Shown: piece after piece, positions 22,083-33,268 of the stretch
How positions within the stretch are numbered: the first letter of the stretch is position 1
Layout: the number at the start of each line of letters is the position of its first letter
Assembly: GCA_963745075.1 (NCBI GenBank)
Contig: CAVUWV010000014.1
Coordinates: forward strand, 292,344 to 356,343
DNA from: Candidatus Hydrogenedentota bacterium
GTDB lineage: Bacteria > Hydrogenedentota > Hydrogenedentia > Hydrogenedentales > SLHB01
Length of the DNA stretch: 64,000 bases
Direction of reading: 5' to 3'
The notes under the pieces: model-generated
Seen by the model: the letters and a program-made list of their open reading frames with translations, nothing else
The model's database searches: none
What the model was told of the DNA's origin: nothing
Position numbers and translations under genes: made by a program

Positions 22083-22451
22083 TTATTCTGCATCGGGGTC
22101 CGGTTGATGAATGCTGAACAGAATTCCCTCCGGATCCTTGCAGGAAGCATTGTATCCCACACCGGGAACGGCTTTCTTGGGGGCGACAATTTCGCCGCCG
22201 CTTCGTTCGATCTTCGCACAAAACGCGTCGATGGAATCCACGAGAATTGTGCTCACGACGTGCGGTGCGCCGTCGCCGCATTTCATGACGCCGCCGTCGA
22301 TGCCAGGTTCGTCATCCGGCCCGGTGCTCAGAACCCAATAGTCCTCCGGTCCGCCGCAGGGATGCGCAATCCAGCCAAACACTTCCGAATAGAACCGGGC
22401 CATGCGCGCCGGATCTTCCGCGTGTATCGCGAAGTGGACTACTCGTGGCAT
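22083..22451 (-). CDS. VOC / glyoxalase family protein
   Basis: MPRVVHFAIHAEDP.R...FY..VFGW, PGIDGG and DPEG. Confidence 0.88.
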   Translation of the reverse strand: MPRVVHFAIHAEDPARMARFYSEVFGWIAHPCGGPEDYWVLSTGPDDEPGIDGGVMKCGDGAPHVVSTILVDSIDAFCAKIERSGGEIVAPKKAVPGVGYNASCKDPEGILFSIHQPDPDAE

Positions 22452-22486
22452 TTCAATTCTCCGTGATGCGCTCGAACTCGCCGCGC

Positions 22487-23629
22487 TCAGGTCGTCCGAA
22501 AACCGAGACCCCTGAGACAATCCAGCATCTCGGAATTCTCCGGTTGCACCGTTACCCGCGTATTGTGAAACTCCCGGCGACGCGGGTATTCCTTGCGCAG
22601 TCGGTCAAAATAAGCGCCGCGTTCTTCCGGCGCCTTGTGTATTATAGCGCGCAATTCACGGTCGTCGTTCCGGATGTCGTATACCGCCGAAACGGTCTTC
22701 AGAATGGCTTCCTGCAGCGGCAGGGAGCCATTCACCGTATATTCCGGGCAATCGGGTGCCGGCAAGTCGGGTGCGGGATCCCATTTTGGCGTGACACCCA
22801 GATGGTGGCATGCCGCCTCATACACTTGCCGGGTGCCGTTCACTTTGCCATCGAAGGAATAGCCTGCGATGTGCGGCGTCGCCAGAGCAAGATTCGCCAG
22901 CAAATCGAGATCGATGTTCGGTTCGCCTTCCCAAACGTCCAGGACGCTCGCGCCCACTTTGCCGGATTCGAGCGCGGCGCGCAATGCATCGCCGTCGACC
23001 ACGGAACCGCGCGACGTATTGATGATTATCGCGCCCGTCTTCAACCGCTCGAAGAAGGCGGCGTCCAGCAGGTGGTACGTGGCGTCGGGACCGTCCTTGG
23101 TGAGCGGTACGTGTACGGTGATGATCTGGCAATCGAAGATCTCGTCCTTCGGGCGGTACCGGTCGTCGCCGGTTTTCCGTGCAAGGGGCGGGTCGTTCAA
23201 CACACACTCCATGCCCAAGGCGCGTGCCTTTTGTTCGACACGCTTACCCACATTGCCGTGGCCGACGATGCCGAGACGACGGTCCGGCAAGTTGAACCCG
23301 CGGGTTTCCGCAAGCACCAGCAGCGCTTCGGCCAGGTATTCGCCGACGCTGTTCGCGTTGCAACCCGGCGCGCTCGAGAATCCAATGCCCTGCTCAGCGA
23401 GATAGGACCTGTCCACGTGGTCTTCGCCGATGGTTGCGGTGCCGACAAACTGAACCTTGGTCCCGTCCAGAAGGTCGCGGTTCACCTTGGTGATGGAACG
23501 AACAAACAAAAGGTCTGCGTCGCGAACCAGGTTGCGGTCCATGGCGCGGCCGGACGCGGTGACGACCTCTCCCAGCAGGCCAAATGCTTCGCGCGCGTAC
23601 GGTATGTTTTCGTCTGCGACAATTTTCAT
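22487..23629 (-). CDS. pdxB: 4-phosphoerythronate dehydrogenase
   Basis: MKIVADENIPY, VRSITKV, GTATIGEDH, APGCNANSV.EY, GIVGHGNVG, LDVWEGEP, TPHIAGYS and the C-terminal FD.LRK.YP.RREF. Confidence 0.92.
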   Translation of the reverse strand: MKIVADENIPYAREAFGLLGEVVTASGRAMDRNLVRDADLLFVRSITKVNRDLLDGTKVQFVGTATIGEDHVDRSYLAEQGIGFSSAPGCNANSVGEYLAEALLVLAETRGFNLPDRRLGIVGHGNVGKRVEQKARALGMECVLNDPPLARKTGDDRYRPKDEIFDCQIITVHVPLTKDGPDATYHLLDAAFFERLKTGAIIINTSRGSVVDGDALRAALESGKVGASVLDVWEGEPNIDLDLLANLALATPHIAGYSFDGKVNGTRQVYEAACHHLGVTPKWDPAPDLPAPDCPEYTVNGSLPLQEAILKTVSAVYDIRNDDRELRAIIHKAPEERGAYFDRLRKEYPRRREFHNTRVTVQPENSEMLDCLRGLGFRTT

Positions 23630-23639
23630 GAGGCGCTGC

Positions 23640-24530
23640 TCAGGATTTCCAGGGCGGCGTTTCGGGAAGGAACGAGTCAAATTCCTTGATCAGCGCCTCC
23701 TCGTATGAGCCCGAGTAGGTCCCGCCGAAGAACTTATCCAGGGCTTCGTCGTGAAGCCGTTGCCAGGACACTTCCTCCTGACCCGGATTGATGGGGAAGA
23801 AAAGCGCGTTGTTGGCCCGCGCGGCCTTCATGTCGCCGGGAGCGTCACCGATCATGAGCATCTTCTCATTCTCATACCGGCCTTCGGCCGCGAACGCGAT
23901 ATGTTCCGCTTTCTTACCCATTTCCTGGCCGGCGATGGCGAAGACATACTGCGCGATACCCTGTTCGGCCCACTCGCGGGTCAGGGCTTCGGTCGGCGTC
24001 TGCGAACAGACCAGCATGTCCGCGCGATCCTTGGCCTTCTCCAGCGATTCACGGACGTGGGGGAAGGGAGGGAGCCCATCTTTGACGATTTCCGACACGG
24101 TCACGTTCACGGCCTTGCTCCAATCAAGGGTCCGGAGCATATCGGCTTCATCGTGGCTCTTGCAGTAAGCTTCGAGGGCGGGGTTCCCCAGCTTGGACTC
24201 GGTCTCCACCCACTTCTTCAAATTGGGGATGTCCGGCGCCTTCCACCCGCGCTCCTGCACCTTGTCCCAGTCGCTGAGCAGGTCGAAGGTCAGCAGCAAG
24301 GCGGGAAAACGATTCACGCCGCGCCACTTGGAATACAGGTTCACAAACTCGGCCGCAGCCCGCGCGAACTTCGAAATCGGTTGCAGATTCCAGTGCTTAA
24401 TAATGTTCGGTATAAAGCACTCCTTGTGCTTCACCTCCATGGTGTCAAAGGCGCAGCCATCGGAGTCGATAGCAATAAGAAAGTCTTTATTAGGCGTATG
24501 GTCCTTCAATGCTGCGACCGGATCACTCAT
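23640..24530 (-). CDS. HAD-superfamily hydrolase
   Basis: Motif I IDSDGCAFDTM; motif IV MIGDAPGD. Confidence 0.85.
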   Translation of the reverse strand: MSDPVAALKDHTPNKDFLIAIDSDGCAFDTMEVKHKECFIPNIIKHWNLQPISKFARAAAEFVNLYSKWRGVNRFPALLLTFDLLSDWDKVQERGWKAPDIPNLKKWVETESKLGNPALEAYCKSHDEADMLRTLDWSKAVNVTVSEIVKDGLPPFPHVRESLEKAKDRADMLVCSQTPTEALTREWAEQGIAQYVFAIAGQEMGKKAEHIAFAAEGRYENEKMLMIGDAPGDMKAARANNALFFPINPGQEEVSWQRLHDEALDKFFGGTYSGSYEEALIKEFDSFLPETPPWKS

Positions 24531-24626
24531 GGTTGATACCTTTCCAATTCTAAATCCTATGTGTATTTTATATTTTACAATTTTGGGCTGTGTTTGGGAC
24601 CGGTGCCTCCGCCGATCAAGCGACTG

Positions 24627-25460
24627 CTACACCCCTGCGAACGCCGAGAATCCCCCGTCAACCGGAACGGCAATCCCCGTCACAAACCGGGAGGCATCCG
24701 ACGCCAGCCACAGGGCCGCACCGATGAGATCTTCGCCCACGCCGAAATCGCCCATGGGCGTATGGTCGATGATGGCCTGCCCACGTTCGGTCAGATCTCC
24801 GGTTCGGTCGTTCGTCAGGAGAAACTGATTCTGTGCCGTGAGGAAGAAACCCGGCGCGATGGCGTTCACACGAATCTTTTTGCCGCAATCCTTGGCCAGA
24901 TGCACGGCCAGCCACTGCGTGAAGTTGTTCACGGCACCCTTGGCCGCGCTGTACCCCACGATACGGGTCAGCGGCCGAAGAGCGGCCATGGACGAAATAT
25001 TGATGATCGAACCACCGTGCTCGTTGTCCAGCATTCTTTTCCCAAACACCTGGCAAGGCTTGACTACCGAGGAGAGGAAGTTCAGTTCCATCACCGTGCG
25101 GATGGCGTCGATGGGGAGGTCAAAGAACGTTTGCTCGGGGGTGGTGGTGGCATCTTTAAGATTGCCGCCGACGCAATTTACGAGGATATCGACTTTCCCG
25201 AATTCCTTGTAGATCTCATCACACAGCTCCTCGACCGCGCCTTCCTTCATCGCATCGAGTTCATAACCCTTTGCATGCCCGCAACTTTCCGCCAGGATGC
25301 CGGATACGTATTCGGCCTTATCCATCGTGATATTGGTCACGGCGCATTCGGCGCCCGCACGTGCGAACCCGCAGGCGATGGAACTTCCGAGCGCCCCACC
25401 TCCACCGGTGATGACGGCCACTTTGCCTTTCAGGTTGTAGATGTCGGTACCTTCTGACAA
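24627..25460 (-). CDS. SDR oxidoreductase (D-mannonate/fructuronate reductase UxuB-like or gluconate 5-dehydrogenase-like)
   Basis: TGGGGALG, NISSM, PLTR...YSAAKGAV.NFTQWLAVH and NAIAPGFFLT.QN. TTG 25460 follows AAGGAG. Confidence 0.85.
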   Translation of the reverse strand: MSEGTDIYNLKGKVAVITGGGGALGSSIACGFARAGAECAVTNITMDKAEYVSGILAESCGHAKGYELDAMKEGAVEELCDEIYKEFGKVDILVNCVGGNLKDATTTPEQTFFDLPIDAIRTVMELNFLSSVVKPCQVFGKRMLDNEHGGSIINISSMAALRPLTRIVGYSAAKGAVNNFTQWLAVHLAKDCGKKIRVNAIAPGFFLTAQNQFLLTNDRTGDLTERGQAIIDHTPMGDFGVGEDLIGAALWLASDASRFVTGIAVPVDGGFSAFAGV

Positions 25461-25833
25461 GGCAATGCTCCTTTCCGAGAAATCCTGCGTTTGGCGGCGG
25501 GATTGGTTGAGCCCGTGGTGGGGATTACTGCGCGAATACCCCCTAACCACACAGCCTATGAACGTACCATACACGTCGCGGGGATTCAAGAATCGGGCAG
25601 AAAATCGGACGCAATTTGTCGCTGTCCGTACGATTCCGGGATTCCTTGGCGCCTTCACCATCCAGGAGTGTCGGTTTTCGCACAACTTTGGACCGGGCCG
25701 CCCAAGCATCACGCGCTCCCAGTGGGGCCACAATCAAACCTCAAAGGGGCATGGCCGCCTATCTTGTGGTATCCTGGACTTCAGGCAGATTCGGTGGATC
25801 TTGGGTAGATATTCACTTCGGCAACAATACGAG

Positions 25834-27839
25834 ATGATGACGTTAAACACCCGCACGCTATGTTTTCTCATCGCCATCCTTCTTTCGCTGGACTTAAGCG
25901 CCGCGTGGGGAGATGGCGTGTCGCCAGAAGTTGCGTCGTCTGCCCTGGAATCCGCCGGCTATCCCGCCTTGGATTACGCCGTCAGGCTTGCTTGGCGCGA
26001 ACGAGCACCGCACGTGCCCCCGACGTACGTGAACGGATACCATTTGCAGCCGATTACCGGCGGTGACACCTTCGACGTATACCTCTCGGATTCCGGAGAA
26101 CTGCTCACGGAATCTACGCTGGCGGTGTTGGGGATTCAGCCGAAACAGTGGGATCGTCCCCCGGTTGAACAGCGGGCAGAATCGATCCGGCCCACGACCA
26201 AGGCCCTTTCACATCATGTAATTGCGGTGGGGCCGAAATGGGCAGTTCCCATCAGCGGAGCCGCCTTGCTCGACGAGGTGAACCTCGATGAGGTGCGTGC
26301 CGAGGATGCCAACCGCGAGGCCGCGTCCGGCAAGGGGCCGGAACGAATTGGCGTGATTCAAGAGCTTTCTGAGGCCGTCACCGTAAATGGCAATATCCTG
26401 ACGCACGGATTCTGGCAACCGGTCCCCAGCGGAGGCTATCTGTGGTCGGTGGCCCTGTATTCTCCCGACGCGCTCGGGATTCGCGTCCACTTCGAGGAAA
26501 TCAAACTTCCGGTGGGTGGCACGGTGGTCGTGTACAACGCGAACGATCCGGACGAAGCGCACGGGCCCTATCCAGCATCGGGCACAACCGCCAACGACCT
26601 GTGGAGCGCAACCTGTTTCACGGACATAGTGGTGGTCGAGTGCTTTGTGCCCGCGGACGCGCCGCGCGATGCGGTTCGGATCACCATCGACCGAATCGTC
26701 CACAACTACATTCCGTTCGGCGAACTGACTTGGACGAAGTCGGCGGGGACGTGCAACGTAGATGTGTCCTGCTATCCGGATTGGGCCGACGCGGCCACGG
26801 GGGTCGGGGGCGTCGGCAGCGTTGGGTACAACGGCAATTTCTTTTGTTCGGGTTGCCTGCTCGCGGATACGGACACGGATACTGACGTTCCCTACTTCCT
26901 GACGGCGAACCATTGCGTGAGCACCGAATCCCAGGCGAGCAGTCTCGAAATCTATTGGCTTTACCAGACCCCCGCGTGCAACGGCGTACCGCCGAATCCC
27001 GCAACCGTTCCGCGTACCACGGGCGGTGCGGCGCTATTGGCCACGACAACGGCCACGGACGGAACCGATTTCTGCCTCCTCCGTCTCAACAACATCCCCC
27101 CGCCGGTTTGACCGCCATGGGGTGGTCGTCGGCGCCGACCCCGCTCACGACCAACACCGTCTGTATTCATCACCCCTCGGCCGATTTCAAACGAATCACC
27201 TTTGGCGTCGTGACGGATGCGAATGAGGCGCTGCGCGATCTACGTCCCGCGACACGGTTTTACCAATCCAGTTGGACACTCGGGACTACGGAACCCGGCT
27301 CGTCGGGAAGTCCCCTGTTCATCGCATCCACGCAGCAGGTGATCGGCCAGTTGTGGGGCGGGCCGGGATCGTGTACGACAAGCACCAATCTCGACTACTT
27401 CGGCCGTTTTGACGTGGGGTTCCCGCTGATGGCGGCGTATCTTGATCCCGGTATTACTCCCACGATTACCGTCGCCACGCCGGACAGCGCGAAGAATTGG
27501 CCCCTTGGCGAACGGCGTCGCATTCGCTGGACGTCAACCGGCGACGTTGGTCCGAAGGTGCAGATCGAGTTGTGGCGGAATGGCGGGGTGATTCAGGTCC
27601 TCCGCAGCAACACCAATAACGACGGCAAAGCGGGCTGGAACATCGATCCGGCCCTGGATCCCGGCGACGGGTATTCGATTCGGATTCTTTCCAAGTCGAA
27701 TCCTTTCATTTTCGACGATAGTGACATGCCGTTCAGTTTGTACGATCCCACGCCCGATCCACCGGTCGACCCGGGCAACACCACGCCGCACCGGTGGTCC
27801 CTGTTGTGGTTCATCTTGAAATTGCTTGGGTTTGTCTAA
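25834..27839 (+). CDS. Secreted trypsin-like (lysyl endopeptidase-like) serine protease with propeptide and C-terminal Ser/Thr-rich-type domain (apparent frameshift at 27096-27101)
   Basis: CNVDVSC, FCSGCLL, LTANHC (His) and DFCLLRL (Asp) are in the first ORF; IHHP and TEPGSSGSPL (Ser) are in the second. Adding one C to the C6 run fuses them as NNIPPAGLT. Confidence 0.82.
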
Positions 27840-27868
27840 CGACTACTAAGAAATACCAAGTCGTCAGA

Positions 27869-27936
27869 TTGTGGTGCGGCCATCTTGGCTGCGCTTGGAC
27901 CGATGGCGTTGGCAGGCAGGAATGCCCGCACCACGA
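27869..27936. repeat. Imperfect GTGG-type REP-like palindrome
   Basis: TTGTGGTGCGGCCATCTTGGCTGC ... GCAGGCAGGAATGCCCGCACCACGA; shares its TTGTGGTGC end with the element at 33269. Confidence 0.7.
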
Positions 27937-28083
27937 CGGTCGGGGTGGATATGGGTTCATGTTAGAAGTTCTAAAACGCTGACTCGATGTATTCGGTCCT
28001 TCTTCGGCTTGCATCCCGTTTCCCGATCCCCCATGCTACCCGTCGAGTTTTCATGTGCGAATGCAGACCGGGAGAACCTCCTA

Positions 28084-30624
28084 ATGCGCGCTGTACGTAG
28101 TCAGAAACGAATCTTCCATTTCCATCGGATCATCGTGTTTTCTGCGGCCCTCCTGACCGCATTCGTCGCGGTACCGCAGGAGCGCCAGCGAAGACCCGGT
28201 GAATTCGCGCCCAATCGCATCCTGCTGCCCAATCAGTGGTATCTCGATCCCGTCGGCGACGACCGCCCACTCGGACTCTTCCCCATGAACATGCAGTTCT
28301 CGCCGGACGGTCAATTCCTGGCCATTGTCCACTGTGGCGCCGGAGAGCACGAGATCATGGTCTTTCGCACGGATGGAAACGTACTGATCGGCAAAATCGT
28401 CTTGCCGAACATCTATTACGGGCTCGCATTCTCACCCGACGGGTCGCGGTTGTTCGTGAGCGGTGGGGAAGATGAGGTCGTCCATATCTTCGACTTTAGC
28501 GAAGGATACCTGTCGAACCCCAAGAGCATTCGGATTGCGCCGGAAAAAGAACGGCATGTGCCGTGCGGCATCGAAGTGAGCCCGGACGGCGCCTGGATCG
28601 CCGTCACGGAAACGTGGGGGAACGCCGTGGGCGTGTGGAACGTCGAAACGGGCGACCGGCGTTGGCGGCACGACTTCGGCACGGAATCGCGGCCCTATGA
28701 CTGTGCCTACAGTCCCGACGGCGCCCGTTTGTACGTGAGCCTGTGGGGACAGGCCAAGATCGCGATGATCCCCCTGGAAGGCGCCGGATTCGGGGAACCG
28801 GTCTTCGTGGCTACCGGGGATCACCCGAACGAACTCTTGCTCAGCGCGGACGGATCCCGTCTATTCGTGGCGAACGCAAACGTAAATACCGTCTCGGTAA
28901 TCGATACCGCCGCGATGCGGGTGACCGAAACGTTGAACACGGCCTTGTACCCCGACGCGCTCGAAGGAAGCACACCGAATTCACTCGCCGCGTCGCCCGA
29001 TGGCCGTCGCTTGTTTATTGCCAACGCGGACAACAATTCCATCGCAGTTTTCGATATCGCGGAAGCCGGTGACTCCCGGTCTCTGGGCGCGATCCCTGTC
29101 GGGTGGTATCCCACATCCGTACGCGTTTCCGTAGATGGAGGGACCATCTACGTCGCCAATGGCAAAGGATTCTCGTCCAACGCAAACCCGCGCGGGCCGA
29201 ACCCGTACATGCGGGACGACATCCGCCGCACCTACGAGCAACACGCCAAACTCATGGAGCCGGGAACGCTGTCCATCGTGCCGATGCCATCCGATGACCA
29301 GTTCCCTGCACTGACGGCCCGGGTGCGTGCCTGTTCGCCCTACCGGCAGGACAAGACGCCCGCCGACGTGCCGAAACCCGGTTCCCCGATACCCGCGCGG
29401 GTCGGTGAGAAGTCGCCTATCAAACACTGCATCTACATTATCAAGGAGAATCGCACCTACGACCAGGTGCTGGGGGACATGTCCGAAGGGCAGGGCGATC
29501 CGGCGCTGTGCCTTTTCCCCGAGAAGTACACGCCGAATCATCACGCCCTCGCGCGCGAGTATGTGTTGCTCGACAATTTCTACGTGGAGTCCCAGGTCAG
29601 CGCCGACGGCCACGAGTGGAGCACGGGCGCCTACGCGACGGACTTCGTGCAGAAGACCTGGCCCACGTCGTACGGTGGCCATGGCCTGACCTATCCGTCT
29701 GAGGGACGGTGGCCGATTGCCTATCCGGAGGCGGGCTATATCTGGGACAAATGCAAGGAAGCCGGCGTCTCGTACTTCAGTTTCGGCGAGTTTGTCGACA
29801 ATCCCGAGCGCAAGGAGGCCGAACCCGGACAGGAACAAATCGGCACCATCGAAATCGGCGATTTGGAGACGCATTTCGAACCCGCCACAACGCCGGTCAA
29901 GACGTTGGAAGGGCATTTTGACCCCTATTTCAACGGCTGGGATTTGGGATATCCGGACGTCGAACGCGCCAAGCGCTTCATCTCCGAGTTCAACCGTATG
30001 CAGAACGAAGGATCGTTACCCCAATTCATGATTGTCCGCTTACCGAACGACCATACCGCGGGGACAGACAAGGACAGCTACACCCCGCGCTCGCTGGTTG
30101 CCGATAACGATCTCGCGCTGGGCATGATTGTGGAAGCCGTGAGCAACAGCCGCATCTGGCCCGAAACGGCCATCTTCGTCGTGGAGGATGACGCCCAGAA
30201 CGGTCCCGACCACATCGACGCACACCGCACCGTGGCGCTGGCGATCAGCCCCTACACGCGCGGCCGCGGCGTGGACCGCACGATGTATTCCACGGCCAGC
30301 ATGTTGCGCACGATGGAATTGATTCTGGGACTGCAACCCATGAGCCAATACGACGCCGGTGCATTGCCCATGTACAATACCTTCCAGGCCAAGGCCGACA
30401 CTTCCGCGTACGCATGCCGTCCGGTGTCGGAGGCGATGCGCACCGTTAGGAACGATCCCGACGCCTGGGGCACCGATCTGTCCGCGAAACTCGATTTCGA
30501 GAAAGAAGACGCGGCCGACAACGTCCTTTTCAACGAAATCATCTGGCGTTCCATCAAAGGCGCCAACAATCCCATGCCCGCACCCGTGCGCGCCGCCTTC
30601 GTATTTCCGATGGAAGAAGATTGA
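28084..30624 (+). CDS. YVTN/YncE beta-propeller + phosphoesterase (alkaline phosphatase-like) fusion protein
   Basis: Signal peptide; repeated SPDG..L.V propeller blades, IPVGWYP, YIIKENRTYDQVLGD, SADGHEW, LPNDHT and EDDAQNGPDHIDAHR. Confidence 0.9.
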   Translation: MRAVRSQKRIFHFHRIIVFSAALLTAFVAVPQERQRRPGEFAPNRILLPNQWYLDPVGDDRPLGLFPMNMQFSPDGQFLAIVHCGAGEHEIMVFRTDGNVLIGKIVLPNIYYGLAFSPDGSRLFVSGGEDEVVHIFDFSEGYLSNPKSIRIAPEKERHVPCGIEVSPDGAWIAVTETWGNAVGVWNVETGDRRWRHDFGTESRPYDCAYSPDGARLYVSLWGQAKIAMIPLEGAGFGEPVFVATGDHPNELLLSADGSRLFVANANVNTVSVIDTAAMRVTETLNTALYPDALEGSTPNSLAASPDGRRLFIANADNNSIAVFDIAEAGDSRSLGAIPVGWYPTSVRVSVDGGTIYVANGKGFSSNANPRGPNPYMRDDIRRTYEQHAKLMEPGTLSIVPMPSDDQFPALTARVRACSPYRQDKTPADVPKPGSPIPARVGEKSPIKHCIYIIKENRTYDQVLGDMSEGQGDPALCLFPEKYTPNHHALAREYVLLDNFYVESQVSADGHEWSTGAYATDFVQKTWPTSYGGHGLTYPSEGRWPIAYPEAGYIWDKCKEAGVSYFSFGEFVDNPERKEAEPGQEQIGTIEIGDLETHFEPATTPVKTLEGHFDPYFNGWDLGYPDVERAKRFISEFNRMQNEGSLPQFMIVRLPNDHTAGTDKDSYTPRSLVADNDLALGMIVEAVSNSRIWPETAIFVVEDDAQNGPDHIDAHRTVALAISPYTRGRGVDRTMYSTASMLRTMELILGLQPMSQYDAGALPMYNTFQAKADTSAYACRPVSEAMRTVRNDPDAWGTDLSAKLDFEKEDAADNVLFNEIIWRSIKGANNPMPAPVRAAFVFPMEED

Positions 30625-31023
30625 GCCTTCTCTAACAGACGATGGGACTCGCGGTCAGCACGTTACGTGAAACAGGCCGACCGTCTTCCCTTTTGCGATA
30701 TTTCAATCCGAGCGTTGGGCCTCGGCCCCTGTTGGATCGCGGCGGACAACAAGCCTTATGGCGAGACCTTTCGCAAAATGTTCGCTGTGCTTCAAGGCGG
30801 TAAGTATTATCGCGATTGGCGACACGGAGGAGGATCCCCATCCGCCGAAGCGTCCGTTGGACGCGGTGCTTCACTCGGAGCACTTTTCGCGGGATACCCG
30901 CGGCTCCGGGCCACGGCGCGCGGTCTCCACCCACTTTGGGAATCCTCCACCTAACGAAATCGAGGGCGGCGGTGAGAGTAGGGTATAGTCAATCGTCAAC
31001 GAGCCCACACCGGAGATTTCGTC

Positions 31024-32985
31024 ATGGTAGCAGCCGACCAGGTGCTTCTCGGCCGGTGGATCGCGAGCCGCGATGCCCAGGCCTTCAAGACCCTCACCAC
31101 AAAGTACTGCAGGATTGTCTACGGGACTAGCTTGCGAATTCTAAGGAGTGCCGCCGATGCGGAGGAGGTTACCCAGGATTGTTTCGTCGCGCTGGCTACG
31201 GCGCAAACCGGTCCGCAGGGGTCGCTGGGCGCATGGCTGCACCGCGTCGCGACTCACAAGTCCCTGAACCGTCGCCGCTCGGACAGCCGGCGCCGCGAAC
31301 GCGAGGATGCCTATGCGCGAGCGCGGGCCACCACGACGGAGGCCCAATGGGATGACATCAGCCAGTTTATCGATCAGTCCATCGAAGCACTGCCCGACAA
31401 GATACGCATGGCGGTCGTCGCACACTTCATCGAAGACGAATCGGTAACGTCCATTGCCTCGCGCGAGTCTGTAACCCATGGCGCCATCTCGCAACGAATC
31501 CATCGCGGCGTCGAAATGATTCGTGAACGGATGCAGCGCAACGGAATTCCCATCGGCGTGGCGGCCATTGCAGCGATGTTGTCGCAGCGGGCGTCGGCGT
31601 GGCCGGCGGTACCCGCCAGCCTGTCGGCGCGCCTCGGGAAGCTGGCCCTGAGCGGCGGCAGCACCGGGCGTGTTGCCGCGTCGGCGTGGTTTGGTGCAAA
31701 GTCACTAGCGGCTATTGGCGCGGCGCTTATTATGGCCGGAGTCGTCGCGGTGCACGCGACCGTCTCGCGGACTGAGCCCATTGCCAAAGCAGAGGTCGCT
31801 AACTCGCCGGCCGCTGTTACCGCAAGTGTACCCGTATCGGCCGAACCAGCATCGGCGGCAACATCCGAACCCGCGCCGGCAAGTTCGACGGCCACGACCA
31901 ATCCGCCGCCAGCCGCTACAGAAACGGAGGCCCCGGAGCTTTCGACCTGGCGGGAGGTTGTGGACGCCTACAAGACGCATCAGGATCGCATTCGCCGAAT
32001 CCGCTTCGACTATACGAACACCACGAAAGGGGCGTACTTCTTTCAAAGCTTTTCGCCACAGCCCGGTACCCATAATTATTCCGAGCGTGGCTCCTTCGCT
32101 ACAGACGGCGAACGCTGCGCCATGAAGCACTATCGCTGGGGCCGCCATTTTGCCGACGACGTGCCAGCGGATAAGCCCAACTACTCAGTCTGTGCCTATG
32201 ATGGCGACACCCTGGTGCAGTATGACGTCGGGGGCGGCGAGTTTAGCGGCAAGCCGGGATTGATCCAGATACACCCCGATGCCATCAACTCGGCCGTGCG
32301 ACAGAGCGCGTTCTGCAATGGCCGGGTTTTCCTCCTCCATTCGCTGTACCCCGGCGCCGAAATGCTGGGATTTCCTGTGACAATGTGCGGCCTGCGTATG
32401 GAGGAGATCCTCTACGGCGCTCGGCAGATTTCATTGCGGCCCGCGAAGGAACCCATCGGGGGTATGGAATGCTACGTCGTCGACGCGGACACGGACTATG
32501 GCGTATTCACCGTATGGTTTAGTCCGGGGCGGGATTATAACGTCGCCAAGTCCGTAATCGTGCTCGGCCCCGGCGATATCTACGAGACATTCCCACTCCA
32601 GCCGGAGACTTCCGCGTACTTCGAGTACTCGGTGGATAGGTTTACCAAGGTGAGTGGCTGCTGGGTACCGACGGAATCGACATCCCACAATATCGCGAGG
32701 CTCCGGAATAACAACGGCTTTGACATGACGAGCCACCACAAGCGCAGCAACATCAAGCTGCCGGCAGTCGGTGAGGACAACAACGCCTACGTTGTCTACG
32801 GCGACGACATTCCGAACGGCACCCACCTCATGCCCGGAATCGGCGAATGGCGAGCGGCTGGGGATCCCGAGTGGACTTGGCAGGATGGGCAATTCGTCCT
32901 CATGGCCGATACGCCCGGCGCAAAGCCGATTCGACGATCGGGCGCCAGCGGTTTTGGAAGCGGAATCCTCACCGGTGCGCAATAG
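31024..32985 (+). CDS. ECF sigma-70 factor with TM segment and large C-terminal extension
   Basis: Region 2 (DAEEVTQDCF, LGAWLHRVA) and region 4 (LPDKIR....HF.E..S...IA......GAISQRI), then a TM helix, a Pro/Ala/Thr linker and a C-terminal domain of over 300 aa. Confidence 0.85.
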   Translation: MVAADQVLLGRWIASRDAQAFKTLTTKYCRIVYGTSLRILRSAADAEEVTQDCFVALATAQTGPQGSLGAWLHRVATHKSLNRRRSDSRRREREDAYARARATTTEAQWDDISQFIDQSIEALPDKIRMAVVAHFIEDESVTSIASRESVTHGAISQRIHRGVEMIRERMQRNGIPIGVAAIAAMLSQRASAWPAVPASLSARLGKLALSGGSTGRVAASAWFGAKSLAAIGAALIMAGVVAVHATVSRTEPIAKAEVANSPAAVTASVPVSAEPASAATSEPAPASSTATTNPPPAATETEAPELSTWREVVDAYKTHQDRIRRIRFDYTNTTKGAYFFQSFSPQPGTHNYSERGSFATDGERCAMKHYRWGRHFADDVPADKPNYSVCAYDGDTLVQYDVGGGEFSGKPGLIQIHPDAINSAVRQSAFCNGRVFLLHSLYPGAEMLGFPVTMCGLRMEEILYGARQISLRPAKEPIGGMECYVVDADTDYGVFTVWFSPGRDYNVAKSVIVLGPGDIYETFPLQPETSAYFEYSVDRFTKVSGCWVPTESTSHNIARLRNNNGFDMTSHHKRSNIKLPAVGEDNNAYVVYGDDIPNGTHLMPGIGEWRAAGDPEWTWQDGQFVLMADTPGAKPIRRSGASGFGSGILTGAQ

Positions 32986-33268
32986 CGCGCGAGCTGTGTG
33001 GGGGGGGACTACGGGTAGCGCCCTTTGCATACACGTAATCGGCCTCATCGAACAGTCCCCATAGCGCGCCCGCTCCTCGATTAAGTCTACATCGCTCGGA
33101 ACGGCGTAACGGTCCTTCCGTTAGGATATACGCAAATCGCGGAGAATTGGGCGGAATTCTGTCTGGACTTACGCGTTTCTCGGTCGCTCTCTAAGTGCTC
33201 ACCAGTTCTTCCGTGTTGGGCGCTAGGTCCACAACTGGGCGAGTCCGGATGAGAAAAAGGGGTACTCA

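Noticed and set aside
30625..31023. 400-bp intergenic region with short ORFs or a possible ncRNA
   Set aside because: I could not identify a known RNA motif, strong structure or convincing ORF.
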